Of a stretch of DNA of 64,000 nucleotides, positions 37,993 to 47,712 are shown piece by piece. The stretch lies in NCBI GenBank assembly GCA_963666285.1, contig OY762711.1. One strand, written 5' to 3'. Each line of letters begins with the position of its first letter. Position 1 is the stretch's first letter. Position numbers and translations under genes: made by a program. This DNA comes from Sedimentisphaerales bacterium. GTDB lineage: Bacteria > Planctomycetota > Phycisphaerae > Sedimentisphaerales > SM23-30. The notes beneath the pieces are model-generated. The model was not told the DNA's origin. It did not search any database and saw nothing but the letters and a program-made list of their open reading frames with translations.

Positions 37993-39015
37993 TTAATGTG
38001 AATTGCATTTCGCAAATACCATTCTGCCCGCTGACGTCTGCAAGGCAGAAGTAACCATTACTCTTTGCTCTTTACCAATAAATTGTTTACCGTTTTCCAC
38101 TACTACCATGGTACCATCGTCGAGATAACCTACCGCTTGACCGGCCTGGTCTCCTGCTTTTACAAGGTGTACATCTAACTCTTCACCAGGTATAACTACT
38201 ATCTTTAGCGATTTTGCCAGCTCATTGATATTTATAACCTCAATACCTCGAACTGTCGCTACTTTATTCAGGTTATAATCGTTGGTCATCAGCTTACCTT
38301 CAAGCCTGCGGGCTGCGGTTACCAGCTGCAAATCTGTCGGCTCAGTTCTTTCTTTCGCAGTCATATCAACATCCAGAATCTCAACATCTATGTTCGGATT
38401 CTCCTGAAGCTTACTGACAATATCAAGACCTCGACGCCCCCTGTTTCTCTTTATCTTATCAGCCGAATCTGCTATCAGTTGCAGTTCGTTAATAATAAAT
38501 CTGGGGATAATGAACGGCGAGTTAAAAATCTTTGTCGATGCAATATCTGATATTCTTCCGTCTATAATAACAGATGAATCCATTATAAACGGTCTGATTC
38601 CCTTGGACTGCTTACTGAATTCAACATATGGGATAATAAACTTAAACGAATCCTTGGTCTTCATAACAAACGTTACCGACCAGTAACAGAAAAGCACCGT
38701 CATTACCCACACAATAGTCGGCTTTGCCAGTAAAATCGCACTTTCATTTGTAAGTTTATAGGTTTCCAGAATCATCTCAAGAAATAAACCAAAAGCCAGA
38801 CCGATAAATAAACCAATAACTACCCCAAGAATAATACCGGCAAAAGCCGCTATATTCTTCTGCGATACTACCAGGTCAACTCCCAAACCAAAAAGTAAAA
38901 ATAAAGATACAGACAAAACCATTCCACCTGGGCTTATAGAACCATTCTTAACGCCAATAAAAGAAACGGTTATGCCCAGCAGGATAAAAACAAGCCTAAC
39001 AAACCAAAATAGCAT
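37993..39015 (-). CDS. PIN/TRAM domain membrane protein (YacL-like)
   Basis: Four N-terminal TMs; PIN 'MDSSVIIDGRI', 'RGRRGLD', 'TNDYNL'; TRAM 'GYLDDGTMVVVE', 'QTSAGRMVF'. Confidence 0.92.
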   Translation of the reverse strand: MLFWFVRLVFILLGITVSFIGVKNGSISPGGMVLSVSLFLLFGLGVDLVVSQKNIAAFAGIILGVVIGLFIGLAFGLFLEMILETYKLTNESAILLAKPTIVWVMTVLFCYWSVTFVMKTKDSFKFIIPYVEFSKQSKGIRPFIMDSSVIIDGRISDIASTKIFNSPFIIPRFIINELQLIADSADKIKRNRGRRGLDIVSKLQENPNIDVEILDVDMTAKERTEPTDLQLVTAARRLEGKLMTNDYNLNKVATVRGIEVININELAKSLKIVVIPGEELDVHLVKAGDQAGQAVGYLDDGTMVVVENGKQFIGKEQRVMVTSALQTSAGRMVFAKCNSH

Positions 39016-39154
39016 ACAATACTCCCACAAATAATAATATAAATAATGTTTTGGATCGACACATTCAATCCAAAGATATAATGAAATTCACAATACTGCA
39101 TTCACAACTTAAACTGGAATAATCGCCAAGAAGGCCATATACAATTTTAAATCG

Positions 39155-40336
39155 CTACTTTAAGAATAAATAATATAATCGTCCTTCTTCACAAGTATAA
39201 CCGGCTAACTTTCCGGCATGATCGCCTATACCCATATAAATATCACATCTGCCGGGCGCTCTTATCGCTCCGCCTGTGTCCTGGTCCAGCATAAAGCCGC
39301 TGAATGGCTGTTTTACTATATCATTACCCATCTGCTTGGGCAGCTTTGTATCAATAAAAGCCAGGCATCCTCTTGGATATACCGATTTATCTGTCGCTAT
39401 TGTTCGCATCTCAGTTACTTCGACATTCAAACTGCCGACCGGTTGGGTATCCTGTTCACGGAAAAATACAAAACGAGGATTCTTATTCACATAACTGTCA
39501 AGTAATGTTGGATGCAGCTTAAAAAATGATATCATCCGGGACAGATTGATCTGATCTGCTGAAATCTGGTTATCTTTTACCAGTTCTGCATTTATACTTC
39601 TATATTCATGACCGTTATTACCGGCATAGCCCAGAGTTATCAAACTGCCATCTTCGAGCCTTATCTTGGCAGATCCCTGAACATGGGCAACATACACATC
39701 AAACTTATCTTTCATCCAAATCAGTTCACGACCGGAAAGCATATTTGAGCTTTCTATCTCTGCACGAGATGGATACTTAACGACTGAACCATTTCCAAGC
39801 TTTCGGCCCAGGATATTACCCTCGCTGTCTTTCACCAGATCATCCGGCAAACCATACAGCGGATACTGGTAAACCCCGCTTCGTTCCCTGCTGCCGTCAA
39901 ATATCGGGGTATAATAACCGGTAAACAAAACTGTACCGGCATTATCACAGCCCACAGACTCATAAATATCAAATTTTGCCATTATCTGACGTTTTAATTC
40001 CTCGGCCCTCATTCCGGAATTTAGCATTTCTCTCATGGCTTTAAGAGAATCGACAGCCTTTCCATAGCTTATCTGGCCATATGGAAAATATTTTTCACTC
40101 GATGGCTTAGAAAAATATTCGAGAGAGTTATCAATCGTTGCCGCAAGATTGTGCAGATCGTAACATGCCCAGGTCAAGTCAGGCAACCGGGAAGGATCTG
40201 TGATTTTTCTCAATGCCAGTTCACCCGGCCCCAGCGGCTTATCATACTGTTTCTTTTCGGGTTTACTGCACCCGGTAAATACTATCAATGCTGTCAATAA
40301 TACCATCCATGGGATCTTCAACACTATTAACTCCAT
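39155..40336 (-). CDS. mltA: Membrane-bound lytic murein transglycosylase A (lipoprotein)
   Basis: Lipobox FTGC; 'FTGYYTP', 'HVQGS', 'NPRFVFF', 3D-domain 'DQDTGGAIR..GRCDIY.G'. Confidence 0.9.
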   Translation of the reverse strand: MELIVLKIPWMVLLTALIVFTGCSKPEKKQYDKPLGPGELALRKITDPSRLPDLTWACYDLHNLAATIDNSLEYFSKPSSEKYFPYGQISYGKAVDSLKAMREMLNSGMRAEELKRQIMAKFDIYESVGCDNAGTVLFTGYYTPIFDGSRERSGVYQYPLYGLPDDLVKDSEGNILGRKLGNGSVVKYPSRAEIESSNMLSGRELIWMKDKFDVYVAHVQGSAKIRLEDGSLITLGYAGNNGHEYRSINAELVKDNQISADQINLSRMISFFKLHPTLLDSYVNKNPRFVFFREQDTQPVGSLNVEVTEMRTIATDKSVYPRGCLAFIDTKLPKQMGNDIVKQPFSGFMLDQDTGGAIRAPGRCDIYMGIGDHAGKLAGYTCEEGRLYYLFLK

Positions 40337-40443
40337 ACTATTTAATAATTTAAGCTTAATAATCCAATAGTCTGCTTTCGCACTTTTCAAGTTGCTGCAA
40401 ATGCCTGAAAGGAATTTCCTGCAACACTTATGTTTTAATCAAA

Positions 40444-40510
40444 GCGTCAGGCGACATGTCCTGAGCTGGTCTAAGGATAGTCAAACACCTTAATATTCTT
40501 CTTTTCACTG
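40444..40510. repeat. ACACCT-type element carrying a CCTGAGC-N-GTCGAAGG-like insert
   Basis: gcgtcaggcgac-atgtcctgagctggtctaaggat-agtcaaacacct; compare 56596-56640 and 55150-55210. Confidence 0.65.
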
Positions 40511-40841
40511 TTCGTTTTCCACTTAATTGGCCCGGTTCCAGACCTCGCAGATAAAATTAACAGTTTAAAGTACAAAAGCATACCAATACTATACTGTTAG
40601 CATATAATAAAGCCGTATTATACCTTGAAATAGTTGAATATGCAAACTCCAGATTACTATCAAATTGCCTATTTTCAGTTTTTCAAATATAAAAGGAAAA
40701 AGAACAACATTTTTCTGGAAATATAGCTATGTTTAGATATCATTAGCTTTTCATTACTGCATTGTTAGATATATTAACACCTTGTTAACATACAATTAAC
40801 CCCTCTCCTTCACACTAGCTTTATTTGACAAAGGTATTTTA

Positions 40842-42560
40842 ATGAACACAGCAGAGATAGTAGAAATTGTTTTTAAGGTAATTGGTGGTTTGGGTATTTT
40901 TCTCCTCGGCATGAAAAACATGTCTGAAGGAATGCAAACCATTGCAGGAAGCAGACTTAGAGCAATAATTAACGCTATTACCTATAACCGTTTTCTCGCT
41001 TGCGGCGTTGGTACGGCAACTACCATGATTATCCAGTCCAGCTCAGTTACCACTGTTATGGCCGTTGGTATGGTTAACGCAGGACTTATGACTCTGGTAC
41101 AGGCAATAGGTGTAGTTCTTGGGGCCAATATCGGTACAACTATCACTGCATGGATTTTTACCTTCAAAATTGGCGGTTACGGCTTACATATTGTAGGTAT
41201 TTCTGCTCTTTTCTATCTTTTCAGCAAAAAAGACAGACTTAAATTCTGGGCTACCTTCTTTCTCGGGCTTGGACTTGTGTTCTTTGGTCTGAAACTTATG
41301 GGCAGTGAACTCAAACCTTTATCCAAAAACCCGGACTTCCAGACATGGTTCGGTTCTTTTTCACCTATAACCGAGCACGGCATTAGCTACTTGAAAGTAT
41401 GGCAATGCTGCCTGGTAGGAGCCTGCGCCACTGCCATTATCCAATCATCATCTGCTATGATCGGTCTTACCGGCATACTGGCTGCCGCCGGTACTATTGA
41501 CTTCACAACCGCTGCCGCTCTGATACTGGGCGAAAATATTGGTACTACTGTTACCGCCGTTCTGGCCTCGATCGGAGCTTCTACAAATGCTAAAAGAGCG
41601 TCACTGGCACATGTAATGGTAAACATCTTCGGCGTTCTTTGGGTCACGGCTATTTTCAGCGTCTTTGTTGGCTTTGCGTCGGAAGTTGCTATCTGGTGGA
41701 CTCACTGCGAACCTTCACTGCTCGCCGAAAGAATACTCAATAAGACCACTGAACAGGAAAAAGATATCAAAATTGCCATCGCCATCGCTCATTCCAGTTT
41801 TAACGTAGTTAATGTCATTATTCTTCTACCTTTCGTTGGTATTCTTGCTAAGATGCTGACAAACATTATCCCCGATAAAGGAATCAAAGAAGTACATCAT
41901 CTTAAATATCTGGATGTCAGGATGCTGGAAACTCCGGCTATTGCCCTCGAACAAAGTCACAAGGAAATCGGGCACATGGCTGATACCACCGAAAGAATGC
42001 TTAACCTGCTGGAACCGCAGCTCTTTGACCTGAATGCTGACGAACATAATAACGAAAAAATATTTAATAAAGAAAATGTACTCGATAATATTCAAAAGGA
42101 AGTCACCGAATTCCTCAGCAAGACCTTAACCGGCCACACTTCATTAGAACAGGCTGAAATTGCCCGCTGCCACATCAGGCTGGCTGACGAATACGAATCA
42201 ATTAGCGATTATGTTACAGCTTTACTAAAGCTGCAATTAAAGCTGACCAAGAATGAAATGGTTCTTCATGAAGAAGGCAAAGCCGAGCTGAAAGAGCTTC
42301 ATAAAGATATCACTGAATACTTCAAGATGATAAATGATGCTATGAAAACCAATAATTCTGACATCCTCTCCAAGGCTCAGACTAAAGGAAGTGCGATTAC
42401 TTTCAAGATCAAGCAGTTCCGTACCCAGCACCTTGAAAGGGTAAGTGCCGGTAAGACAAGCCCGCTGCATAGCCTTATCTTTACCGACATGCTAAACTCA
42501 TATCGTAAGATTAAAGACCATGCTCTTAACGTTGCTGAAACAATTGCCGGAGCAAAATAA
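40842..42560 (+). CDS. Na+/Pi cotransporter family protein with C-terminal PhoU-like domains
   Basis: Repeated 'IIQSSS' and 'GANIGTT/GENIGTT'; C-terminal 'DEYESISDY', 'KIKDHA.NVAE'. Confidence 0.93.
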   Translation: MNTAEIVEIVFKVIGGLGIFLLGMKNMSEGMQTIAGSRLRAIINAITYNRFLACGVGTATTMIIQSSSVTTVMAVGMVNAGLMTLVQAIGVVLGANIGTTITAWIFTFKIGGYGLHIVGISALFYLFSKKDRLKFWATFFLGLGLVFFGLKLMGSELKPLSKNPDFQTWFGSFSPITEHGISYLKVWQCCLVGACATAIIQSSSAMIGLTGILAAAGTIDFTTAAALILGENIGTTVTAVLASIGASTNAKRASLAHVMVNIFGVLWVTAIFSVFVGFASEVAIWWTHCEPSLLAERILNKTTEQEKDIKIAIAIAHSSFNVVNVIILLPFVGILAKMLTNIIPDKGIKEVHHLKYLDVRMLETPAIALEQSHKEIGHMADTTERMLNLLEPQLFDLNADEHNNEKIFNKENVLDNIQKEVTEFLSKTLTGHTSLEQAEIARCHIRLADEYESISDYVTALLKLQLKLTKNEMVLHEEGKAELKELHKDITEYFKMINDAMKTNNSDILSKAQTKGSAITFKIKQFRTQHLERVSAGKTSPLHSLIFTDMLNSYRKIKDHALNVAETIAGAK

Positions 42561-42570
42561 GAAAGATAAC

Positions 42571-42607
42571 AAAAAAAAGACAGGGTATTTAATCCTGTCT
42601 TTTTTTT
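42571..42607. terminator. Bidirectional terminator
   Basis: A-run, gacagg/cctgtc stem, T-run, between convergent genes. Confidence 0.88.
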
Positions 42608-42666
42608 ATTGCCGGATAATATAAAAGCAAATAGTTTAGTTTTACATCGCTACCTGGCAGCATAGA

Positions 42667-44058
42667 TTAACAGTACACATCATGCTTGCCGCTGCGTACC
42701 TGGTCTACAAGTGCCTGGCTGCGATTCTTCTGTTCGGGAACCGTCATTTCAGCTATTGTACTATCGATCAGCTTCTCACCTATTGCTCTTGTTTCAGGCG
42801 ATGCATAATCCATCAGGTATTCCTGGAATGTTGACAATGCATTCGGCTGACAGTGGATCTTTATCTGACCCGGCTTAGCCATATCCATAAAGTCCTGACC
42901 GGTCCTGCCCAGCCTGTAGCAACCGGTACAGAATGATGGGATATAACCCATAGACGCAACATCTCGGACAACCTCATCCAGCTGCCTGTGATCGCCAAGT
43001 GAAAACTGTGAAGAATCCATCTTTTCATCCTCGGCATAGCCGCCCGGATTGGTCCTGCTGCCCGCGGATATCTGTGAAACGCCAAGAGCAAATGATTCAC
43101 GGCGAAGATTCGCTGTCTCGCGGGTACTCATTATTATACCGGTATAAGGCACCGCCAGTCTCAAGATTGCCACCAGTTTTCTAAAATCAAAATCATCGAT
43201 CGGTTTTGGCGGATGAGCCGCCATATCAGAGCCGGTTGCAGGCTCCAGCCTCGGAACACTTATGGTATGCGGACCTACCCCAAACTTCGCTTCCAGGTAA
43301 CGCACATGGGCCATCATGGCAAGCGTTTCAAAACGCCAGTCATACAGGCCATACAATACGCCTATGCCTACATCGTCAATCCCGGCTTCCATCGCCCTGT
43401 CCAGCGCACTTATTCGCCAGTCATAATCGGTCTTTTTACCCGATAAATGTACCTTGGAATATGTATCCCTGTGATATGTCTCCTGGAATATCTGGTATGT
43501 CCCTATTTCAGCCGCCTTCAGCTGCTTAAATTCTTCCAGTGACAGTGGTGCAACATTTACATTCACCCTGCGGATCTCTCCGTTACCGCTCTTGGTCTCG
43601 TATACTGTCTTGATCGAATCCAAAACATATGAGAATCCCTGTTTCGGATACGACTCTCCTGCCACCAGCAATACTCGTTTATGACCCTGCTCTATCAGGA
43701 TCTTTGTCTCCTGGGCTATCTCTTCCTGGGTCAGAGCCCTGCGCTTAACTTCCTTGTTCTTCGCACGAAACGCACAGTACAGGCACTCGTTAGCACAAAG
43801 ATTTGATATATACAGCGGGGCAAAAAATACCATTCTATTGCCGTATATTTCGTCCTTGGCACGCTTGGCAGATTCAAACAATTCATGTACCAGGTCCGGG
43901 TCGCTAATTCCCATCAGCACCGAGATATCATCATCATTAAGGCCCTTTAGCTCGTCAGCCTTACTTAATACCTCTTTTACCTGGGCGGTATCCGCCTTTC
44001 TGCCCTTTTCTATGGAATCAAAGATTGCCTCATCATTAATCTGTGGTATATCTGCCAT
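42667..44058 (-). CDS. hydG: [FeFe]-hydrogenase H-cluster radical SAM maturase HydG
   Basis: CxxxCxxC 'CANECLYC'; 'FQETYH'; C-terminal CxxC-x22-C 'CTGC...IHC'; start set at ATG 44058. Confidence 0.92.
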   Translation of the reverse strand: MADIPQINDEAIFDSIEKGRKADTAQVKEVLSKADELKGLNDDDISVLMGISDPDLVHELFESAKRAKDEIYGNRMVFFAPLYISNLCANECLYCAFRAKNKEVKRRALTQEEIAQETKILIEQGHKRVLLVAGESYPKQGFSYVLDSIKTVYETKSGNGEIRRVNVNVAPLSLEEFKQLKAAEIGTYQIFQETYHRDTYSKVHLSGKKTDYDWRISALDRAMEAGIDDVGIGVLYGLYDWRFETLAMMAHVRYLEAKFGVGPHTISVPRLEPATGSDMAAHPPKPIDDFDFRKLVAILRLAVPYTGIIMSTRETANLRRESFALGVSQISAGSRTNPGGYAEDEKMDSSQFSLGDHRQLDEVVRDVASMGYIPSFCTGCYRLGRTGQDFMDMAKPGQIKIHCQPNALSTFQEYLMDYASPETRAIGEKLIDSTIAEMTVPEQKNRSQALVDQVRSGKHDVYC

Positions 44059-44100
44059 AATATTTCCTCTGACTATTTTACTTGTATTTGAAATCACAAC

Positions 44101-44268
44101 TTAAGGTGCCCTCTGGAAATTGCTTTTGATGCGATAATTTAAGATTCTGGTTGCTGGCAAGGAACATAAAATCGTCCATATTGGTCTACATTCACTGTTT
44201 TATGTGACGCATGTCAGCAGGCAAAAGATAAACTTGTCGCTCAAAATGAATTTTCAAAGTCGCCTTAA
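44101..44268. mobile_element. 168-bp foldback MITE-like element, copy 2
   Basis: Same length and orientation as 37120-37287; TTAA at both ends. Confidence 0.8.
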
Positions 44269-44306
44269 CAAATAAAAAACACTACATCAAGCATAAGTTA
44301 CACCAT

Positions 44307-44380
44307 GCAAAGCTTTTAAACAAAAGTCGCTCCAGCGACACCTTAGCTTATTACTTTTCACGTGTTACTTATTACTTCTT
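44307..44380. repeat. Hairpin-ACACCT-pyrimidine tract element
   Basis: gcaaagcttttaaa...gtcgct-cc-agcgac-accttagcttattact...ttacttattact. Confidence 0.75.
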
Positions 44381-44580
44381 TATACATAAGATGATAGCAC
44401 AATTCCCGCGTAAATGTAAAATAAGAAAATCAAAATTGATAATTAAATATCGGTTACAACTCCAGCTACATCCTTGGTAGGCCCAGCAAACATTCTCGAC
44501 CCTTGCTTTTTAACTGTTTTTCAGTAAGATAATTAGGTGAATTTTCAAATTATTAATCTGCTCAAAAGGATTTTGAAGGT

Positions 44581-45708
44581 ATGAAAAAAAATTTTCTATT
44601 ATTTCTTATACTGATCACATGTTCTTCTGTTCTTGCCGACGGCAAGATGTACTGGCAACTCGAAAAGGTCAACCCGGAGATACCCTATCAGCGAGCCCTG
44701 ATCCTCCATAAAGACAATACCGAAACCCTCTTCCTCCAGAGCAAATATTCCCTGCCGGAAACTGCTGATGAGGCCCCCAAACAGATCGGCTGGGTTGTAC
44801 CCCTGCCGGCTGTACCGGAACTCGCTACCATGGATGCTGACGATGCTCATAACATTTTTATCTTTTTAAGCTTAGGAACGCAACCTAATCTAACAAAAAT
44901 TCGTATATTTCTATGGCTTGGTTTTCTTATATTGTATCTAGTCATAACAATAACCATTATGTTCAAACAACAAAAGAAGCAAAAGAATACTAAACCTGCA
45001 ACACCCCCATCCATTGTACGCCTTATCTTTTATCTTTTGGTTATATTGTTTATAACATCATTGCTAATGCCGACTCTAGGTACCGCTGGCCATTCAGGTA
45101 TCGATATAATAAAAGCCGAAAGCTTAGGTATCTATGATGTGAAGGTTGTCAAATCAAACAATTCTGACAGTCTTATTAAATGGCTCAATGATAGCGATTT
45201 TCAATTTAGCCAGAAAGATAAATTAATATTCGACGACTATATCAATAAGGGCTGGTGCTTTGTTACTGCAACTATAAACCCAACCCATAAAGACAAAAAG
45301 GAACACCAAATAGTTTCTGAAGGTCTTGCTGCCCCGCTTATCCTTCGTTTTGAAAGTGAAAAGCCTATCTACCCCATGGCACTCACCGGTACTGGTGGAT
45401 TCGACACAGAAGTCCTGATATACCTCGCAACAGATCAGAAAATGACTTGTGGCTCACAAATCACTTTACGTCATGCCAGAGAATATAATTTAGCTAATGG
45501 ACAATTTAGATGGCTCTATACAGAACCAAATAATAAAAACATAAAAATGCCCGTCCAACCCAAGGATTTCTTTACAAAAGATGATTTCGACCTATCCTAC
45601 CTCTGCAAATTCAAGGCTACTCTAACCCCAGACCAGATGAAAGAAGACATCATCTTCACTCCCGCACCTGACAACGAACCATACCGTGAACACATCGTCG
45701 AATGGTAA
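44581..45708 (+). CDS. DUF2330-like secreted/membrane protein with two internal TM segments
   Basis: 'QRALI...ETL.LQ', 'GWVVPLPAVP', 'GIYDVKV....L..WL', 'PL.LRF.S..PIYPM.LT'. Confidence 0.7.
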   Translation: MKKNFLLFLILITCSSVLADGKMYWQLEKVNPEIPYQRALILHKDNTETLFLQSKYSLPETADEAPKQIGWVVPLPAVPELATMDADDAHNIFIFLSLGTQPNLTKIRIFLWLGFLILYLVITITIMFKQQKKQKNTKPATPPSIVRLIFYLLVILFITSLLMPTLGTAGHSGIDIIKAESLGIYDVKVVKSNNSDSLIKWLNDSDFQFSQKDKLIFDDYINKGWCFVTATINPTHKDKKEHQIVSEGLAAPLILRFESEKPIYPMALTGTGGFDTEVLIYLATDQKMTCGSQITLRHAREYNLANGQFRWLYTEPNNKNIKMPVQPKDFFTKDDFDLSYLCKFKATLTPDQMKEDIIFTPAPDNEPYREHIVEW

Positions 45709-45772
45709 AGAGGGTAACGCAAACCAGAATGATTTACTCATTATGACAAACACGATATCAGAGCAGCACCCC

Positions 45773-45830
45773 GCGTCAGCTTTAAATTAGTCGTCCGCAA
45801 ATGCGGACACCTCAACTCTTAGTTCTTACT
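45773..45830. repeat. Hairpin-ACACCT-pyrimidine tract element
   Basis: gcgtcagctttaaa..gtccgca-aa-tgcggac-acct-caactcttagttcttact. Confidence 0.7.
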
Positions 45831-46805
45831 TTATCTCTCGTATTTATCCGGCTCTTTGATACGGATAAACTCTATCCGCTGATATGGAATATTATCTGAT
45901 TCCCTGTCAACCTTACCAAGCCCCAGCGATTCACTGCCATTATCATTAAGCTCTATCAGCATAGACGCCCTGATCTGCAGGTCTGCCAGCTGCTTTTCCA
46001 TCCGGCTCAGCCACGCACGAGGGTAATCACCTACCAGCACCGACTCCAGTGTAACCCGACTGGTAAAATCAAAATTCTTATTAATCCTCGCTATCGTTCC
46101 CAACACCCGCTTAATCTGGACCGCAACCTCCGGTGCCGTTTTATACACGCCGCTTTCGGTTTTAGTCAATTCCACCGACCGCAAAACTTCCAGCATAAAA
46201 GTAGGCGATTCGTTCAATTTTCGCCATTTGAATATCAGGTCACTGCACTTCTCCAGGTAATTACGGCTTTCTAGAATATCTCCGATTTGTACATTCTTTA
46301 TACCATCAAAAGCCAGATCCTTACCTTCATTGAAACCGGCATTACTATCTGATTCAGCTTTCAACTGCGGCTGTTCCCCGAAATCAGACTCAGACTCCTC
46401 TTCAGAGTCAGACTTCTTCTCTTTCCGCAGCTCGGCATCTTCGGCACGTATTATCTTTTTAAGCTCGGAAATTTCAATCAGGATATCACTTTGAAACTCT
46501 ATCCTGTGAGTATCTACTGAATCTTCAGTATAAATCGCTCCATCAACTTTTACCGAACCTTTTCGCTCAAAGTTCTTTCCACCCGGAAAATAAGGATATT
46601 CTATCAGCTTAAACAGTTCAGCTTTTATCTGCGGATGATACGCCAGATTCCAATACTCATTTTTGTTTACTTCCAACTTCATAGCCGGTTCAGAGACAGT
46701 TCCCTGTTCCTCGTCGGCTGCTTCATTATCTTGTTGAGCATACACAGCCCCAAATGCAGTAAACGCAATTAGAACCAATATTACATACAATATTCTTCTT
46801 GTCAT
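45831..46805 (-). CDS. Hypothetical secreted protein
   Basis: 324-aa ORF with signal peptide, SD-like AGGTGAG and an acidic low-complexity loop. Confidence 0.7.
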   Translation of the reverse strand: MTRRILYVILVLIAFTAFGAVYAQQDNEAADEEQGTVSEPAMKLEVNKNEYWNLAYHPQIKAELFKLIEYPYFPGGKNFERKGSVKVDGAIYTEDSVDTHRIEFQSDILIEISELKKIIRAEDAELRKEKKSDSEEESESDFGEQPQLKAESDSNAGFNEGKDLAFDGIKNVQIGDILESRNYLEKCSDLIFKWRKLNESPTFMLEVLRSVELTKTESGVYKTAPEVAVQIKRVLGTIARINKNFDFTSRVTLESVLVGDYPRAWLSRMEKQLADLQIRASMLIELNDNGSESLGLGKVDRESDNIPYQRIEFIRIKEPDKYER

Positions 46806-46826
46806 AACTCACCTGCAATTGAGAGT

Positions 46827-47366
46827 TTATTCCGATTTAACTTCGCCGGTTTTATCTTTTATCATTGTAAGAATACGATTCTCTCTACTCCTGTCACGCC
46901 CAAAATTCATCCAGATAACCTTACGTGATGCCGGCAGATTCTCTCCCGACTCCATTGGAGTTGCCAGGGAATGACTGTTACCTTTAAAATCTGAACTGTA
47001 ATAGCTTTCCCGGTAAGAGCCGGGCTGAACAACATGACGACTTACCTGGACAAACACTTCGCTATATGTGTCATAGGGTATAAACGTTAGATAACATACC
47101 GCCTTGCCGGTCCTGCCGGATCTGTCATCGACAAATTTCGCCGGGGTTGAAACATACGAATTTGGTATTTTACCTTCCCTTACCTGGCCAAACTCAACTT
47201 TTATTACCTGTTTACATACCTTGGCCAGCTGAGTTTCGTCTGTGGTGTTGACCACCAGTCTCTGGTAGTCATGAACCAGCTGCTCGCGATAAGTATCACC
47301 GCAGCCGGCAGCCAGGAAAACAAGCAGCAATATCAATATATGCCTTAGCATAACCTCACCTTTCAT
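46827..47366 (-). CDS. Hypothetical lipoprotein (start may be 47351)
   Basis: Lipobox 'LAAGC'; 21 bp from the downstream gene. Confidence 0.72.
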   Translation of the reverse strand: MKGEVMLRHILILLLVFLAAGCGDTYREQLVHDYQRLVVNTTDETQLAKVCKQVIKVEFGQVREGKIPNSYVSTPAKFVDDRSGRTGKAVCYLTFIPYDTYSEVFVQVSRHVVQPGSYRESYYSSDFKGNSHSLATPMESGENLPASRKVIWMNFGRDRSRENRILTMIKDKTGEVKSE

Positions 47367-47479
47367 AATCTTATCTTAATGAAAACGGTATGAAAGTTAG
47401 TCATAACCGCTGACAACTGAAACCTCAAACACAAAATTTAGTCTTCACATATCAGTAGCTTACCTATATTTACAATTCT

Positions 47480-47508
47480 ATTATAGACTCTCACTGCAAA
47501 AGATACAA
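47480..47508 (-). promoter_or_regulatory. Sigma-70-like promoter of the lipoprotein operon
   Basis: TTGTAT-17bp-TATAAT on the minus strand. Confidence 0.55.
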
Positions 47509-47656
47509 TATCAATATCTTGCCGACCATATAATTGACGGTTGCCTGACTGACCCGGCTTTCAAACTTACCTCCCAACTTGAAACATCAATGCAATACCG
47601 GGATATCCTTATCATCCGCCCCGAACATGCCGGCAGTCGATTATAGTTTTTAAAAT

Positions 47657-47688
47657 AAAAAAACCCTGACGAATATTCGACAGGGTTT
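47657..47688 (-). terminator. Terminator of rplM-rpsI
   Basis: aaaccctg/cagggttt stem followed by a U-run on the minus strand. Confidence 0.85.
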
Positions 47689-47712
47689 GAATTTGTTCCA
47701 TACAATATACGA

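Noticed and set aside
42667..44058. ThiH (tyrosine lyase) instead of HydG
   Set aside because: The length and the C-terminal CxxC-x22-C cluster motif are HydG features.
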